In this document: piece by piece, positions 20,190 through 29,656 of the stretch
How the letters are laid out: every line of letters starts with the position of its first letter
How positions within the stretch are numbered: the stretch's first letter is position 1
Source: a virus
Virus record (IMG/VR): IMGVR_UViG_3300045012_000066
Span: 1 to 64,000 of that record
Strand: one strand, 5' to 3'
DNA length: 64,000 nt
The notes under the pieces: model-generated
The model's database searches: none
What the model was told of the DNA's origin: nothing
The model's input: only the letters and a program-made list of their open reading frames with translations
Program-made: the position numbers and the translations under genes

Positions 20190-20760
20190 ATGAGGCAGAA
20201 AGTGCAATTCGGCATTGTTGTTGAGCTTGGCGGCGGAGATGGTATTTACATAAAGCCGCGAGGATCAACCCTTGGCGAATGGCAGGTTAAAAGCGGATTG
20301 ATGTTTTATCCGATGGCGGGGTGGCAGATTAGACAGATGCAGCTTGGCGTTATCGAATACGACCCGTTCACCGGCTGCTGGCCTTCGGAGGCTTGCGAGG
20401 AGGATGGAACGGTGAAGCAGGAATACATGGACTACGTCCACGAGCACTGGGACGAGATCATGGAAAGGGCACGGAAGGTGCATGATCAGGTTCGTTGATC
20501 TCGGCAGGCAAATCGCGTTGGATGAGAATGACGAAAACTGGCCGCGCCAGTTCGCCTTCTACGACACGATGTTTAATCGCTTCGTGGGAATTAACGGCTG
20601 GCAGATTTTCGATTCGCTGGGTGACCTGATGCAGGAGATGGAACAGGACGAATCGATAACAGCGGAGTTCGCGACGCGGCTGATTAATCTCACCCCTAAG
20701 TGGGTGCGAACAGTTCCCGCGCCACGTAACAACGTGCAGATTTTCGGAATCAAGGGTTAA
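20190..20760 (+). other. two small hypothetical CDS (20190-20498, 20482-20760)
   Basis: Overlapping ORFs between RNA elements. Confidence 0.55.
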
Positions 20761-20768
20761 GAAGATTT

Positions 20769-20838
20769 CTCCAGATGGTGAAGCGAGTCGGTTACTTCAT
20801 ATTGAAAAAAGCTACCGTTCGCGTTTGTTCCTCTGGAG
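20769..20838 (+). ncRNA. Y-RNA-like element 2
   Basis: CTCCAGA/TCTGGAG terminal helix; GGTGAA, GTTACTTC and TTTGTTC motifs. Confidence 0.55.
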
Positions 20839-20847
20839 GTAAGAATT

Positions 20848-20940
20848 AGGCCGTAGTGAAGTTGGGACTTACTTCGTTCAAATCGAAGACTCCATAACAC
20901 GGAGACTGGTCGTTAGTTCCGACAGAGTTGTTCTCGGCCT
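20848..20940 (+). ncRNA. Y-RNA-like element 3
   Basis: AGGCCG/CGGCCT terminal helix; GTAGTGAA, TTACTTC and GTTGTTCT motifs. Confidence 0.55.
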
Positions 20941-20948
20941 TTAAAAGT

Positions 20949-21079
20949 TCGGGCTGGTGTAGGAAACAGTTACTTCCATTTTAAGGATGAGGTCGGGGGT
21001 TCGAATCCCTCCACCATAGCAATATGGTGTAGCTCAGTTGGTAGAGCGCATACGTCACTGTTCCGTTTGTTCCGCCCGA
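20949..21079 (+). ncRNA. yrlA: YrlA-like Y RNA with permuted tRNA-like module
   Basis: TCGGGC/GCCCGA ends; the T arm (TTCGAAT) precedes a loop-closed acceptor-like stem and then a D arm (GCTCAGTTGGTAGAGC); near the Ro60 gene. Confidence 0.75.
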
Positions 21080-21095
21080 TCTAAACATTGAGGTT

Positions 21096-21374
21096 ATGAA
21101 GCACAGCGAATTCGTGATCGGCGAGAACTTCTGGTGTGGCAAGAAAGAATGGCGCTGTACGGATATCGGCACGCGCACCGTCGCTGCCATTCTTTTGGAT
21201 GACGGAGAGGTGGTGGAATACACTCCCGGCCCGCCCGAGACGACGATTCGCAATGTGAGTCGCGACGAGAAAGAGATGCAGGGGTGGTTTAATGGGCCAC
21301 CCTACGCGGTAGTTGAGCACGTCTTTGATGAGAATGACTTCGGTGGCTGTTCGGCCACGCAGGAGTCGAGTTAA
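21096..21374 (+). CDS. hypothetical protein inserted among Y RNAs
   Basis: 92-aa ORF with GAGG RBS. Confidence 0.6.
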   Translation: MKHSEFVIGENFWCGKKEWRCTDIGTRTVAAILLDDGEVVEYTPGPPETTIRNVSRDEKEMQGWFNGPPYAVVEHVFDENDFGGCSATQESS

Positions 21375-21379
21375 ACATT

Positions 21380-21495
21380 GAGCCGTAGTGAGCGTAACGG
21401 TTACTTCGGGTAAATTGCCTTCGGGCAATGTGGTTCGATCCCACAAACCAGCCGCATAAGCTGGGTAACACAACCGTTGCTAAGGTTCTCGGCTC
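21380..21495 (+). ncRNA. Y-RNA-like element 5 (with T-arm-like hairpin)
   Basis: GAGCCG/CGGCTC ends; GTAGTGA, GTTACTTC, GTGG-TTCGATC-CCAC, GGTTCT. Confidence 0.6.
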
Positions 21496-21506
21496 TCTAA
21501 AGAAAA

Positions 21507-21640
21507 TCGGGCTGGTGTAGGGAACAGTTACTTCTTCAAGAGACAGGGGTCGCGGGTTCGATTCCCGTCATCGTGGCAACACGGTGTAGCTCAACGGTAG
21601 AGCACTGTAAAAATGTCACTGCCCCGCTTGTTCCGCCCGA
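21507..21640 (+). ncRNA. yrlA: YrlA-like Y RNA, second copy
   Basis: Same 5' end TCGGGCTGGTGTAGG and 3' end TTGTTCCGCCCGA as 20949-21079; T arm then D arm. Confidence 0.75.
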
Positions 21641-21713
21641 TATAAGAGAGAGCCACTCTTTGACTGGAGGAGTGGCTTTCTGTTGTGTAAACCAGTTTTC
21701 GGGAGGTAATGAA

Positions 21714-23105
21714 ATGAGGACCAATGTAGCAAGTCGCAAGGCGCTTTTGTTTACCCACGAGGGTGCGGTGGCAGTTTTTATCGACCCGATTCACCAGCTT
21801 CGCCGGTCGGTGATGGCGAACATGCTGTTCGAGGACCAATTCTACGAAGACGGTCAGAGTATCGCCACGCGTATCCAAGAGGAAGTGAAAGACGTGCTGA
21901 AGGGGAAGGACGGCGCGACCAAGCTGGTGGAGATCGCCTACGAGGCCCGTACCCAGATGAAGCTGCGCCACGTGCCCTTGCTGCTTCTGGTGGCGCTGAT
22001 CCGGGAGAAGACCAAGGCCACGCGTGCCGTAGTCGCTGACGCCATCGCTCGTGTCGTGCAGCGGCCCGATGAGATGGGCGAGTTGCTGGCGCTCTACTGG
22101 CAGGAGGAGGGCAAGCCCAAAAAGCAGCCTCTGACTGCGCAGATGAAGCGTGGACTGATCGCGGCCTTCCAGAAGTTCGACGCCTACACGCTGGCCAAGT
22201 GGAACAGCGACGGCGCGTCGATCAAGCTGCGTGACGTGCTCTTCCTGATCCATGGCAAGCCCAAGGATGAGGCACAGGCCGAAGTGTGGAAGAAGCTGGC
22301 CGACAAGCAACTGGAGTCGCCGGATACGTGGGAGGTAGCGCTTTCGGCGGGTGCTGACAAAAAGGAGACCTTCACTCGGTTGCTCAAGGAAGAGAAGCTG
22401 GGTGCTCTGGCCCTGTTGCGTAATTTGCGCAACATGCAACAGGCGGGTGTGGAAGTGGAGACCATCCGTCAGGGCCTGAGCAAGATGAAGGTGGAGCGGG
22501 TACTGCCGTTTCGTTTCATCACGGCGGCACGGTACGCGCCGACGCTGGAGCCGGAACTGGAAGCCAGCATGCTGAAGTGTCTGGGTGACCATGACAAGCT
22601 GCCGGGTAAGACGGTGCTGATCGTGGACAACTCGGGTTCGATGGAGGCCAAGGTTTCCGGCAAGTCGGAGATCATGCGGAATGACGCGGCCTGCGCTCTG
22701 GCCATGTTGCTGCGGGAGATTTGCGATGAGGTGCAGGTGGTTGTTTTCTCTGACGAGGCTGTTCTGGTTCCTCCGCGCCGTGGCTTTGCGCTGCGCGATG
22801 TGATCCTGCGGGCAACTCCGCATGGTGGCACGCGCACGGAGACCGCTCTACAGGCGGCAGCTAAGCAGGGTTACGACCGTTGCATCGTAATCACTGACGA
22901 GCAGTCGCACCAGACGATCAGCGGCCCGGTCAAGAATACGAAGGGCTACTTCATCAACGTGGCCAGCTACCAGAACGGTATTGGCTACAAGGATTGGGTG
23001 CATATCGACGGCTGGAGCGAAGCAGTGGTCGAGTACATCTTCCAGTACGAGCGCTTCACCGACGAAGCCTTGACCTCGCCGGGTGAACCGGAGACAATTA
23101 ACTAG
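21714..23105 (+). CDS. rsr: Ro60/TROVE-domain RNA-binding protein with C-terminal vWA
   Basis: THEG..., QLRRSVMANMLFED.FYE, FDAYTLAKW, LRDVLFL.H.KP, TWE, LLRNLRNM, LPFRF, VDNSGSM, ITDEQ. Confidence 0.92.
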   Translation: MRTNVASRKALLFTHEGAVAVFIDPIHQLRRSVMANMLFEDQFYEDGQSIATRIQEEVKDVLKGKDGATKLVEIAYEARTQMKLRHVPLLLLVALIREKTKATRAVVADAIARVVQRPDEMGELLALYWQEEGKPKKQPLTAQMKRGLIAAFQKFDAYTLAKWNSDGASIKLRDVLFLIHGKPKDEAQAEVWKKLADKQLESPDTWEVALSAGADKKETFTRLLKEEKLGALALLRNLRNMQQAGVEVETIRQGLSKMKVERVLPFRFITAARYAPTLEPELEASMLKCLGDHDKLPGKTVLIVDNSGSMEAKVSGKSEIMRNDAACALAMLLREICDEVQVVVFSDEAVLVPPRRGFALRDVILRATPHGGTRTETALQAAAKQGYDRCIVITDEQSHQTISGPVKNTKGYFINVASYQNGIGYKDWVHIDGWSEAVVEYIFQYERFTDEALTSPGEPETIN

Positions 23106-23224
23106 GCGATAGAGTCGGTTTCCCTACCGATTTTGGCGTCCTTTCCTGTAAATCATGAGCGCCCCTCTTGGCCCCTCCCGGCTGGCAGGGGCGCTCTGAT
23201 ATTCCCTCCGGTTCCATCTCGTCG

Positions 23225-23755
23225 TCAGGCAACTTGGGACTCATTGGCGATACTGGCTGCGGCCAGCGCTTGGCGATCCAATTCCTGATTGCGCCTCGCG
23301 GCAGTGCGTTCGACCCTGCGGGTTTCTCGGTAGCGCTTGTTAGCGCAGGTCCGGCACTCACGCACTAAAAACTGTTTCCCTGTGGCGTCGTAGCGGGTAT
23401 GCCAAAGCAGATTGTCTCCGCCCATTTCGTGACCGTGACGGCACTTCTGTGAAGGTGTTCGTGCCATGCAAGGGATTTTAAGACAAATCGGAGAGGGGAG
23501 GCCAGCCATACATCAGGCAAGGATGCACGGCTGGCGGGCAGCAATCGCCCCTCGATACAAGATAATCGCCTTCGGACCCTCTTTGACCAGCGCCAGCGAT
23601 GGCGGCTCCTGCGTCCTCCAAGGCCAGCGGCAGAGATGCAAAAGGAGAACCGGCGCAGGACCGACCCAGACGACTCTGCGCCCGTAGTAACGAGCTTCCA
23701 TCCATTGCCCGTTCTCTTCGTAGTAGAGGCGTCGCAGCAATACGTCGTCGCTCAT
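23225..23755 (-). other. two small hypothetical CDS (23225-23509, Zn-ribbon CRHGH/CRTC; 23513-23755)
   Basis: ORFs convergent on the TROVE gene. Confidence 0.5.
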
Positions 23756-23787
23756 GGTTTCGAACCTGTAAAATCCGTACTTACCAT

Positions 23788-23862
23788 GGGAGCATTGGTT
23801 AATTGGCAAACCAGCGGACTCCAAACCCGCGACTGGAAGTTCAAGTCTTCCTGCTCCCGCCA
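23788..23862 (+). tRNA. tRNA-Trp(CCA), antisense to flanking genes
   Basis: GGGAGCA/TGCTCCC, GCGGA-ctCCAaa-CCCGC (one A-C mismatch), TTCAAGT, encoded CCA. Confidence 0.85.
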
Positions 23863-23866
23863 TGCT

Positions 23867-24553
23867 TCATTTTGGCAGCAGCTTCTCGAACTGCCTGCGC
23901 TTCTTCACTAGGTCTTCCAGACCGCCCGCCTCTGCCCGCGCCAGCGTCTCCAGTGCGACGATCCCGTTCTCGATGGACTGTTCCACCTCGATGCGGGTAG
24001 CGGCGCGTCCACGGCAGTACCACTCCACTTCGTGCGGCCTGCCCATTGTGATCAGGTACTTTCCCATTCCGTCCGGGAACAACTCGTATTCACGGGTGAT
24101 CCAGAGCATGGTCACGCCGGGGTTGCGCGTGATCGCGAAGCCGGGAGAGTGCTCGGTGATCGATGCATTGTTTATCCGATCATCCTGACGGCGCACCATG
24201 TTGGGGTTGCTGAGAAAAGGGCAGTTGCGGGCGCTCCAGCGGGCGCATTCAAGATGGCTGGGCGGCTCCGATGCAGTGCGATTGATGCCGCACATAGGAC
24301 CGGCTACGAAGGCGAAGCGCGTCTCCAGCTTTTGGCCGCACACCCAGCACAGGCGCTGTTTGATGGCCTGCACATACTTGCGCCTGTCCATGGCGCGGAA
24401 CTCAGGCTTGCCGTTGATCCAGTCTACAAACCAAGGTACAACGTACAAGCGATCAGGATCGACCGGGAGGTGAGCCATGCGGCGGGGCACTGGCTGCGTC
24501 TTCACTACGGTTTCAGTGGCCATGATTTTAATTATGCTCCTTCCAGCATTCAT
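23867..24553 (-). CDS. conserved Cys/His hypothetical protein
   Basis: VPWFV..INGKPEFR, CWVCG, EPPSHLECA, CPFL; paralogous to 50741-51214. Confidence 0.7.
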   Translation of the reverse strand: MNAGRSIIKIMATETVVKTQPVPRRMAHLPVDPDRLYVVPWFVDWINGKPEFRAMDRRKYVQAIKQRLCWVCGQKLETRFAFVAGPMCGINRTASEPPSHLECARWSARNCPFLSNPNMVRRQDDRINNASITEHSPGFAITRNPGVTMLWITREYELFPDGMGKYLITMGRPHEVEWYCRGRAATRIEVEQSIENGIVALETLARAEAGGLEDLVKKRRQFEKLLPK

Positions 24554-25055
24554 GATTCTTCGTTGGGGCCGGTGTTTCGTACCCGCAGCGTGGACAGCGA
24601 AAGAGTACCTTGCCGCTGCGTGTTGTCTTGGGAATAAGCTCCCAGTCGATGTCGCCGTTACGCTTCGCGTTGTAGTTGATCCGGCGCGAACCTTTCTTCA
24701 TATTGCATGCTTCGTGCGCTGCGCCGTTCTGCCACTTTACCTTAGCGTGGCCGTTCCTCTTTTTCTCTTTCACCTCGATACGGTCGTCCTGCGATCCCCC
24801 ACCATAACCTCGCGGAATCTCGTGGTCGAAGGTGGCGTCGGCCCAGTTTAAATTTCCGGGGCAACTGGGAATGTAATCCTTCAGGCAGCAGAGGTGATTC
24901 TGTCGCTCCCACATAGCTCTTTTACGGCCCTTGTAAATCTCACGGCCCTCTGCTGTCTGCTGGTTGCAGACCTCTCTTCCACTCCGGTACACGTAGACTG
25001 CTTCCGGCAACTGCTTCTTTTTGTCCTTCGGCTTAGGAAGTGCCAGCGGTGTCAT
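24528..25055 (-). CDS. HNH endonuclease-like protein
   Basis: TFDHEIPRGYGG ... AHEACNMKKG. Confidence 0.75.
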   Translation of the reverse strand: MTPLALPKPKDKKKQLPEAVYVYRSGREVCNQQTAEGREIYKGRKRAMWERQNHLCCLKDYIPSCPGNLNWADATFDHEIPRGYGGGSQDDRIEVKEKKRNGHAKVKWQNGAAHEACNMKKGSRRINYNAKRNGDIDWELIPKTTRSGKVLFRCPRCGYETPAPTKNHECWKEHN

Positions 25056-25314
25056 AAGTCGCCTTTCTCATCCGCGCCGCTGTAGCTTCGGCGCGAGTCG
25101 CAAATACGCGGCATCCGGGATAGCAGTCCCACCAGAGATCGCCGTCCAGCGCGTAACCCTCGCCATGCGGGTACGCCGGGTGACGATCCGGGTGATAATG
25201 AACCTCGCGCACCGTCGCCCGGACAATCGTGTAGCCGCCCGTGTTCTTGCCGTGCGAGGCGTCGCGTACCCAGACTTGGTCGCCGACCTTGAAGCGGTAC
25301 TGTGGTTTAGCCAT
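25033..25314 (-). CDS. hypothetical protein
   Basis: ORF starting MAKPQYRFKVGD, coupled to the dnaB stop. Confidence 0.5.
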   Translation of the reverse strand: MAKPQYRFKVGDQVWVRDASHGKNTGGYTIVRATVREVHYHPDRHPAYPHGEGYALDGDLWWDCYPGCRVFATRAEATAARMRKATYDTAGTS

Positions 25315-26650
25315 CGAACTCGCTCGTATCGTCGAATCTGTCGCGAAACGCTCCCCATGGTTCCGCCTTGATACCCAGCGACTGAATCTCTTGCAGTTCA
25401 CGCATTTTCCCGATAATGCAGTAGTCTTCGTTTGTGTAGCGCTTCTCTTTTCGGGTGCGGTGCAGCATCAGGATCATCTGCGCCGCCTGCTCAAAGGCTG
25501 ATGACCCGTAGATGTCTTCGATGTCGGGGTATTTATTCAGGTCGTTGGGTGGGGCGCGGCGAAGCTGGGCCAGCGCCAAGGTGCGGCAGTAGTCACGGGC
25601 GATGTGGCGCAGCGTTTCTGCCTGCTTCTTCGCTTCCTCCAGCGCGTTCTTGGCCTTGGGCACGATGAGTAGCTGCGCGTAGTCGGTGACGATCAGATCA
25701 GCCTTCCAGCGCTTCGCTGCCAGAACACTCCTAGAGCGATAGTCTGATGTGGTGAGTTCGTGGGTATCGTCGATCACAATCGGCAGGCTGCTGAGTTCTT
25801 CCCGCGCCTTGAAGAGCCGGAATTTTTCGTTTGGGGTAAGACAGCGAGGATCGCGCATCTGTTTGATGGGCACCATGGCGATATACCGAGCCATGCGGCG
25901 CACGATCTGGCTGGACTTCATTTCCAGAGAGAACATGTGGACGCGCAGGCCGCGACGCGCATTCTCGACGATGGCCTGTATGGCTGCTTCCGTCTTGCCC
26001 TGATGCGGACGAGCGCACAGGAGGCAGAGTTCTCCGGCCTGAATCCCGGAAGTCGCCTCCGAGATGAAGGGGGTAAACAGGGAAGCGCCGAGGACACCTT
26101 GTCTCTGGGCCGCAGCTTCAGCTTCAAAGCGTGGACCGTCTTCGGCAAGGATGTTGTCGATCCCCCTTCCGCTGCGTTTCCTGTCACGCGCCAGAGAGTC
26201 TTCCATCGCCTCAATCGCGGTGGTGAGCACCTCTTCGGCTGGATCGCACTGGTCGGCAGCGCGGGTGATCGCTGTCGATGAAATCCCGATCAGGCTCCGC
26301 GCCATCGACTTATCTTTGACGATGCGGATGTACTCATCAATCGAGATGCGGCGTGGTAGCCCTTCGGTCAGCGATGCGAGATAGGCGACTCCACCAATGA
26401 CGGTGACCTCCTTGCGTCGCGCCAGTTCTTCCGAGAGCGTCACGATATCAACGGCACGCTGCGTGTCCATGAGTTCGCCCATGCGCCGGAAAATGCGCCT
26501 GTGGGAGTCGAGCGCAAAGTCGTCGGCTTCAATCTGTTCAGTGGCTTCGTAGTACGCGACGTTGTCGAGTAGAATTGCCCCAAGTATGGAGCGCTCAGCA
26601 TCAATCGAAGCGGGCAGGCCGCGTTCAAAGGCTACGTCCGGGGTAGACAT
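25307..26650 (-). CDS. dnaB: replicative DnaB-like helicase
   Basis: LPASIDAERSILGAILL N-domain, Walker A ARPHQGKT, FSLEM, IVTDYAQLL, LAQLRR, GSSAFEQAA. Confidence 0.95.
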   Translation of the reverse strand: MSTPDVAFERGLPASIDAERSILGAILLDNVAYYEATEQIEADDFALDSHRRIFRRMGELMDTQRAVDIVTLSEELARRKEVTVIGGVAYLASLTEGLPRRISIDEYIRIVKDKSMARSLIGISSTAITRAADQCDPAEEVLTTAIEAMEDSLARDRKRSGRGIDNILAEDGPRFEAEAAAQRQGVLGASLFTPFISEATSGIQAGELCLLCARPHQGKTEAAIQAIVENARRGLRVHMFSLEMKSSQIVRRMARYIAMVPIKQMRDPRCLTPNEKFRLFKAREELSSLPIVIDDTHELTTSDYRSRSVLAAKRWKADLIVTDYAQLLIVPKAKNALEEAKKQAETLRHIARDYCRTLALAQLRRAPPNDLNKYPDIEDIYGSSAFEQAAQMILMLHRTRKEKRYTNEDYCIIGKMRELQEIQSLGIKAEPWGAFRDRFDDTSEFDG

Positions 26651-26683
26651 GAATACCTCCAGAAAGACGAAAAACGCACGTTT

Positions 26684-28507
26684 TTAAGCGTGCGCCGCGT
26701 CTTGTAAAACACTGAAAGGAATGTAGATAGGTAGTTGGTCAGTGAGTTGTTGCATCGAGCAAAGTGACAAATCATTGACCAACTCTGAACTGCCTGATTT
26801 TACGTGATTTACCGATGGCGGCTGTCTGCTGCTCCTGTCAGTTTCGTCGTCTTCGTCTGCCAAGCCCACCCACAAGCCAAGGACTTTGGCCCCGTCCGCC
26901 GTCCTGCCACGTCCCTTTTCGCCTTCGATTAAAACGTTGAAGATTGGGCAAACGGCGGTGAGCGCACTCCGCTTTTCATCTATCGTCATCTTCAGTACGC
27001 CCCAATTGTCGAATGGGCGCATCGCCAGAGATAGTTCATCCGCTGAAATCATGGAGGCCGCAGGGGTCAACGAGTTGAGAACTCGCTGCGCGGCTTTAAT
27101 CGCCACGTCCAAGCGCTCATAGTCGCGGTCAAGCTCCGCTTCGCCATACCCCCTCATCTTCTTCTTAAACAGGATGAAGCATTGCTGCTTCTCGTCCTCC
27201 ATTGCCGCGATCTCTTTTTTGGTTTGCTCGATTCGCAGGCCATTATCGCCACGCTTTGCCGCCGCCTCGTGGTCTTTGAGCATCCCAAACAGTCGGAACG
27301 GATCGCGCAGCTTCTCGGCGACCTCTATATCTAGAAGGGCATCCAGTTTTTCCCGTCGAATCTGTGGGGCATCGCACTTTAATTCAATCTTGCTGATCTC
27401 ATTCTTACTGTTCATGTGCCATCCTCCCCTAGAGGCGCGGCAGATGTAATACTCGCGGACGATTCCGTTTTGATGATGGGGGCGAGTCATTAAACGCTCG
27501 CCGCAGCGAGCACAGCGAAGAAAGTTGCGAAATAGAAAGTGATCTACACTGGTCGAATTGCGCCGCGCCCTCATCCCGGCTTTATGTTTAATGATTTTTT
27601 GCGCGTGCCAGAACAGGTCGGGAGGGATTGCTGGAGGCACCGGTTTACCGTCCGCGCCTAACATGCGGACTCTCTCGATCTCCTCTTCATGGCGGCGCAC
27701 TCTGGTTTGAGAAATTAATCGCCCGTCTACAACTTTGTTAAGAGAGGGATCAACCTCCGCATCATAAGTGCGGTAACCAATGTACGCGGTGTTACATAGG
27801 ACATTTCTTTTCAGATTACGGTAAGACAGCTTAGTTTCTTTTGCGATCTGGAAATAATTTAATTTTCCTTCAATTATGAGGTCTAGTGCGCGATGTACTT
27901 GGCTGATCTTGGCGTCGTCGTAAGCGTATGCCCAGCGATCAGCATCAGCATCGCGGTATCGTACTTGCTTAACGCCGTATGGCAAGGTTAATTCCGACGA
28001 TGGGCATAGTCCGCGTGCTCTTAACCCCAGTCGCTTAGTGTAGGTTCGCTGTTTAATTAAACGGCGCTCGCGTCCATTGAAGAGCGCGAGCATTTGGAAG
28101 ATCATCATCCCTTCCGGGGAGCCGGTATCGTATGCAGCAGTCTTAGTGAAAATTGTGATGGCGTTATCTTTGAACATCTGCAATAACACTTGGTCTTCCG
28201 GCTCGTCGGGCCTCATTAAGCGCGTATCCTCGACCATCACCACGCCGTAATATTCACCAGACTCTAAGTCAGTTTTAAGCTGCGCAATCTCCGGCGTATC
28301 CTTCACGTATTTGCCGCTGACGCCGGGTAGCCTAATCTGCTTCTTTAAGTCGAGTTGTACCCCGTTGCGTCGCGCAATTTCCACGCACTCCTCGTGCTGC
28401 GTATCGAGACCGCCCAACTCTACCTGCTTGGGTGTGCTGACACGCAGAACTTCCAGACAGAGCCGCCCCCGTTGCTCACTACTGAGCTTTCTTGTTTTTA
28501 GTTTCAT
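26684..28507 (-). CDS. large serine recombinase (integrase)
   Basis: RVSTPKQ catalytic Ser, GVSG, DTRLMR, recombinase domain, Zn-ribbon CARCG...YYIC, coiled coil; 607 aa. Confidence 0.9.
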   Translation of the reverse strand: MKLKTRKLSSEQRGRLCLEVLRVSTPKQVELGGLDTQHEECVEIARRNGVQLDLKKQIRLPGVSGKYVKDTPEIAQLKTDLESGEYYGVVMVEDTRLMRPDEPEDQVLLQMFKDNAITIFTKTAAYDTGSPEGMMIFQMLALFNGRERRLIKQRTYTKRLGLRARGLCPSSELTLPYGVKQVRYRDADADRWAYAYDDAKISQVHRALDLIIEGKLNYFQIAKETKLSYRNLKRNVLCNTAYIGYRTYDAEVDPSLNKVVDGRLISQTRVRRHEEEIERVRMLGADGKPVPPAIPPDLFWHAQKIIKHKAGMRARRNSTSVDHFLFRNFLRCARCGERLMTRPHHQNGIVREYYICRASRGGWHMNSKNEISKIELKCDAPQIRREKLDALLDIEVAEKLRDPFRLFGMLKDHEAAAKRGDNGLRIEQTKKEIAAMEDEKQQCFILFKKKMRGYGEAELDRDYERLDVAIKAAQRVLNSLTPAASMISADELSLAMRPFDNWGVLKMTIDEKRSALTAVCPIFNVLIEGEKGRGRTADGAKVLGLWVGLADEDDETDRSSRQPPSVNHVKSGSSELVNDLSLCSMQQLTDQLPIYIPFSVLQDAAHA

Positions 28508-28727
28508 TTACACTCCCGTCGTTATGAAGTACGAAGAATTCACGCATAAGTGCTAGCGCCATAGCGTTATCGCCCGCGTCCAGCGCATCCCGAATACGCC
28601 GCAAGTCGGCAGATTGTCGCTTACCGATCTCAAAAGCAATGCGTGCGATTCCTTCGTAGCTACTCTTTCCTGTTGCACTTATTGTAGTGCTTTCTGATGG
28701 CTTTTTCCTATAACTTTGTGGGTTCAT
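28479..28727 (-). CDS. hypothetical protein
   Basis: 82-aa ORF overlapping the recombinase start. Confidence 0.45.
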   Translation of the reverse strand: MNPQSYRKKPSESTTISATGKSSYEGIARIAFEIGKRQSADLRRIRDALDAGDNAMALALMREFFVLHNDGSVNETKNKKAQ

Positions 28728-28789
28728 CTCATTAATTCCTCAGCTAGTTAACTACCAGTTCCACCGGCTTGCTCAAGGTGTCTATATTT

Positions 28790-29656
28790 TTATGGGGGCC
28801 GGGATATAAGCAGCGGCTTAGGCTGGTCCGTCTCCCGCTCCACTGGCTTGCGCGGGATGTGTAACTTCTCAGGCTGATTGCTTTTCGTGAGCGGTTTGCC
28901 GTAGCGGTCAAGTGGGCCAGCGGCATAGCTCGTGATATTGCGAATCCAGAGCGACGGACGGTCAGAGGGAGTCACCTCTGACTTGGCGCGGTTGCGCAGG
29001 TATTTTTTGAATTGATCGATGGTGGTGTTGGGACTGGCGGCGAGCCACATCCCTAGAGCTTTGCCTTCTGCCCCATCCCATGGCATTTCGTCGTCGGGAT
29101 TCTTAAATTTCCAATATGCCTCGATGGCAGCTTTGAATTCTGCATGGCGACTCTCAACCGCTGCGGATTTTGTCTCAGGTTTCGTTTTCGGTCCCTCGCG
29201 CTGCTTTTTTGCGCGAGAGGATTTTTCTGGTACTGGCTCTGGCTCTGGCTCTGGTAGGCGGGATGCCGTACCCAGATTGAGATTTCCATTCGTACTCTGT
29301 ACGTACTCTGTACGTACAGCGGGTGTACAGAATGGAAGGTTCGCTCTCTTCAGTGCGTTCTTAGTCGCCTTGTCCGCATGCTGATCCCAGTCATGTACGA
29401 GGAGCCGGTGCGTCGCGTCTATGTTGATCCAATGACACTTCACCAGCGCTTGTACCATAGCGCCCGCAGGACCGGTCCATCCCACCCAAGCCTCTATCGC
29501 CTGATCGGAGTATTTGCCGACGTTCCCTTGCGGCGCGTAGCGCCCGGTGAAGTGCCACACTCCCTCCAGAATGCCCAGCGTCGCAAACTTGGGCAGGTTC
29601 AGCGTCGCCATAAGCTCAGCGAACTTCGGGTGGTCTGGTACGGCGCGGAGAGCCAT
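28790..29656 (-). CDS. phage replication initiator / replisome organiser-like protein
   Basis: N-terminal wHTH-like region (LGILEGVW...HDWDQH), EPEPEP linker, internal direct repeats, upstream of dnaB. Confidence 0.6.
   Translation of the reverse strand: MALRAVPDHPKFAELMATLNLPKFATLGILEGVWHFTGRYAPQGNVGKYSDQAIEAWVGWTGPAGAMVQALVKCHWINIDATHRLLVHDWDQHADKATKNALKRANLPFCTPAVRTEYVQSTNGNLNLGTASRLPEPEPEPVPEKSSRAKKQREGPKTKPETKSAAVESRHAEFKAAIEAYWKFKNPDDEMPWDGAEGKALGMWLAASPNTTIDQFKKYLRNRAKSEVTPSDRPSLWIRNITSYAAGPLDRYGKPLTKSNQPEKLHIPRKPVERETDQPKPLLISRPP
29292..29317. repeat. 11-bp direct repeats, possible iterons
   Basis: GTACTCTGTAC twice plus GTAC, inside the initiator-like gene. Confidence 0.4.

Noticed and set aside
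21573-21713. N-terminal extension of TROVE
   Set aside because: It overlaps a Y RNA and a hairpin. ATG 21714 has a GGGAGG RBS and matches the normal TROVE N-terminus.
23756-23863. N-terminal part of ORF 23513-23863 (MAGAGRLELPVAGLES...)
   Set aside because: This is the reverse-complement translation of tRNA-Trp.
29225-29260. CTGGCT repeats
   Set aside because: They encode an EPEPEP linker that is common in phage initiator proteins.
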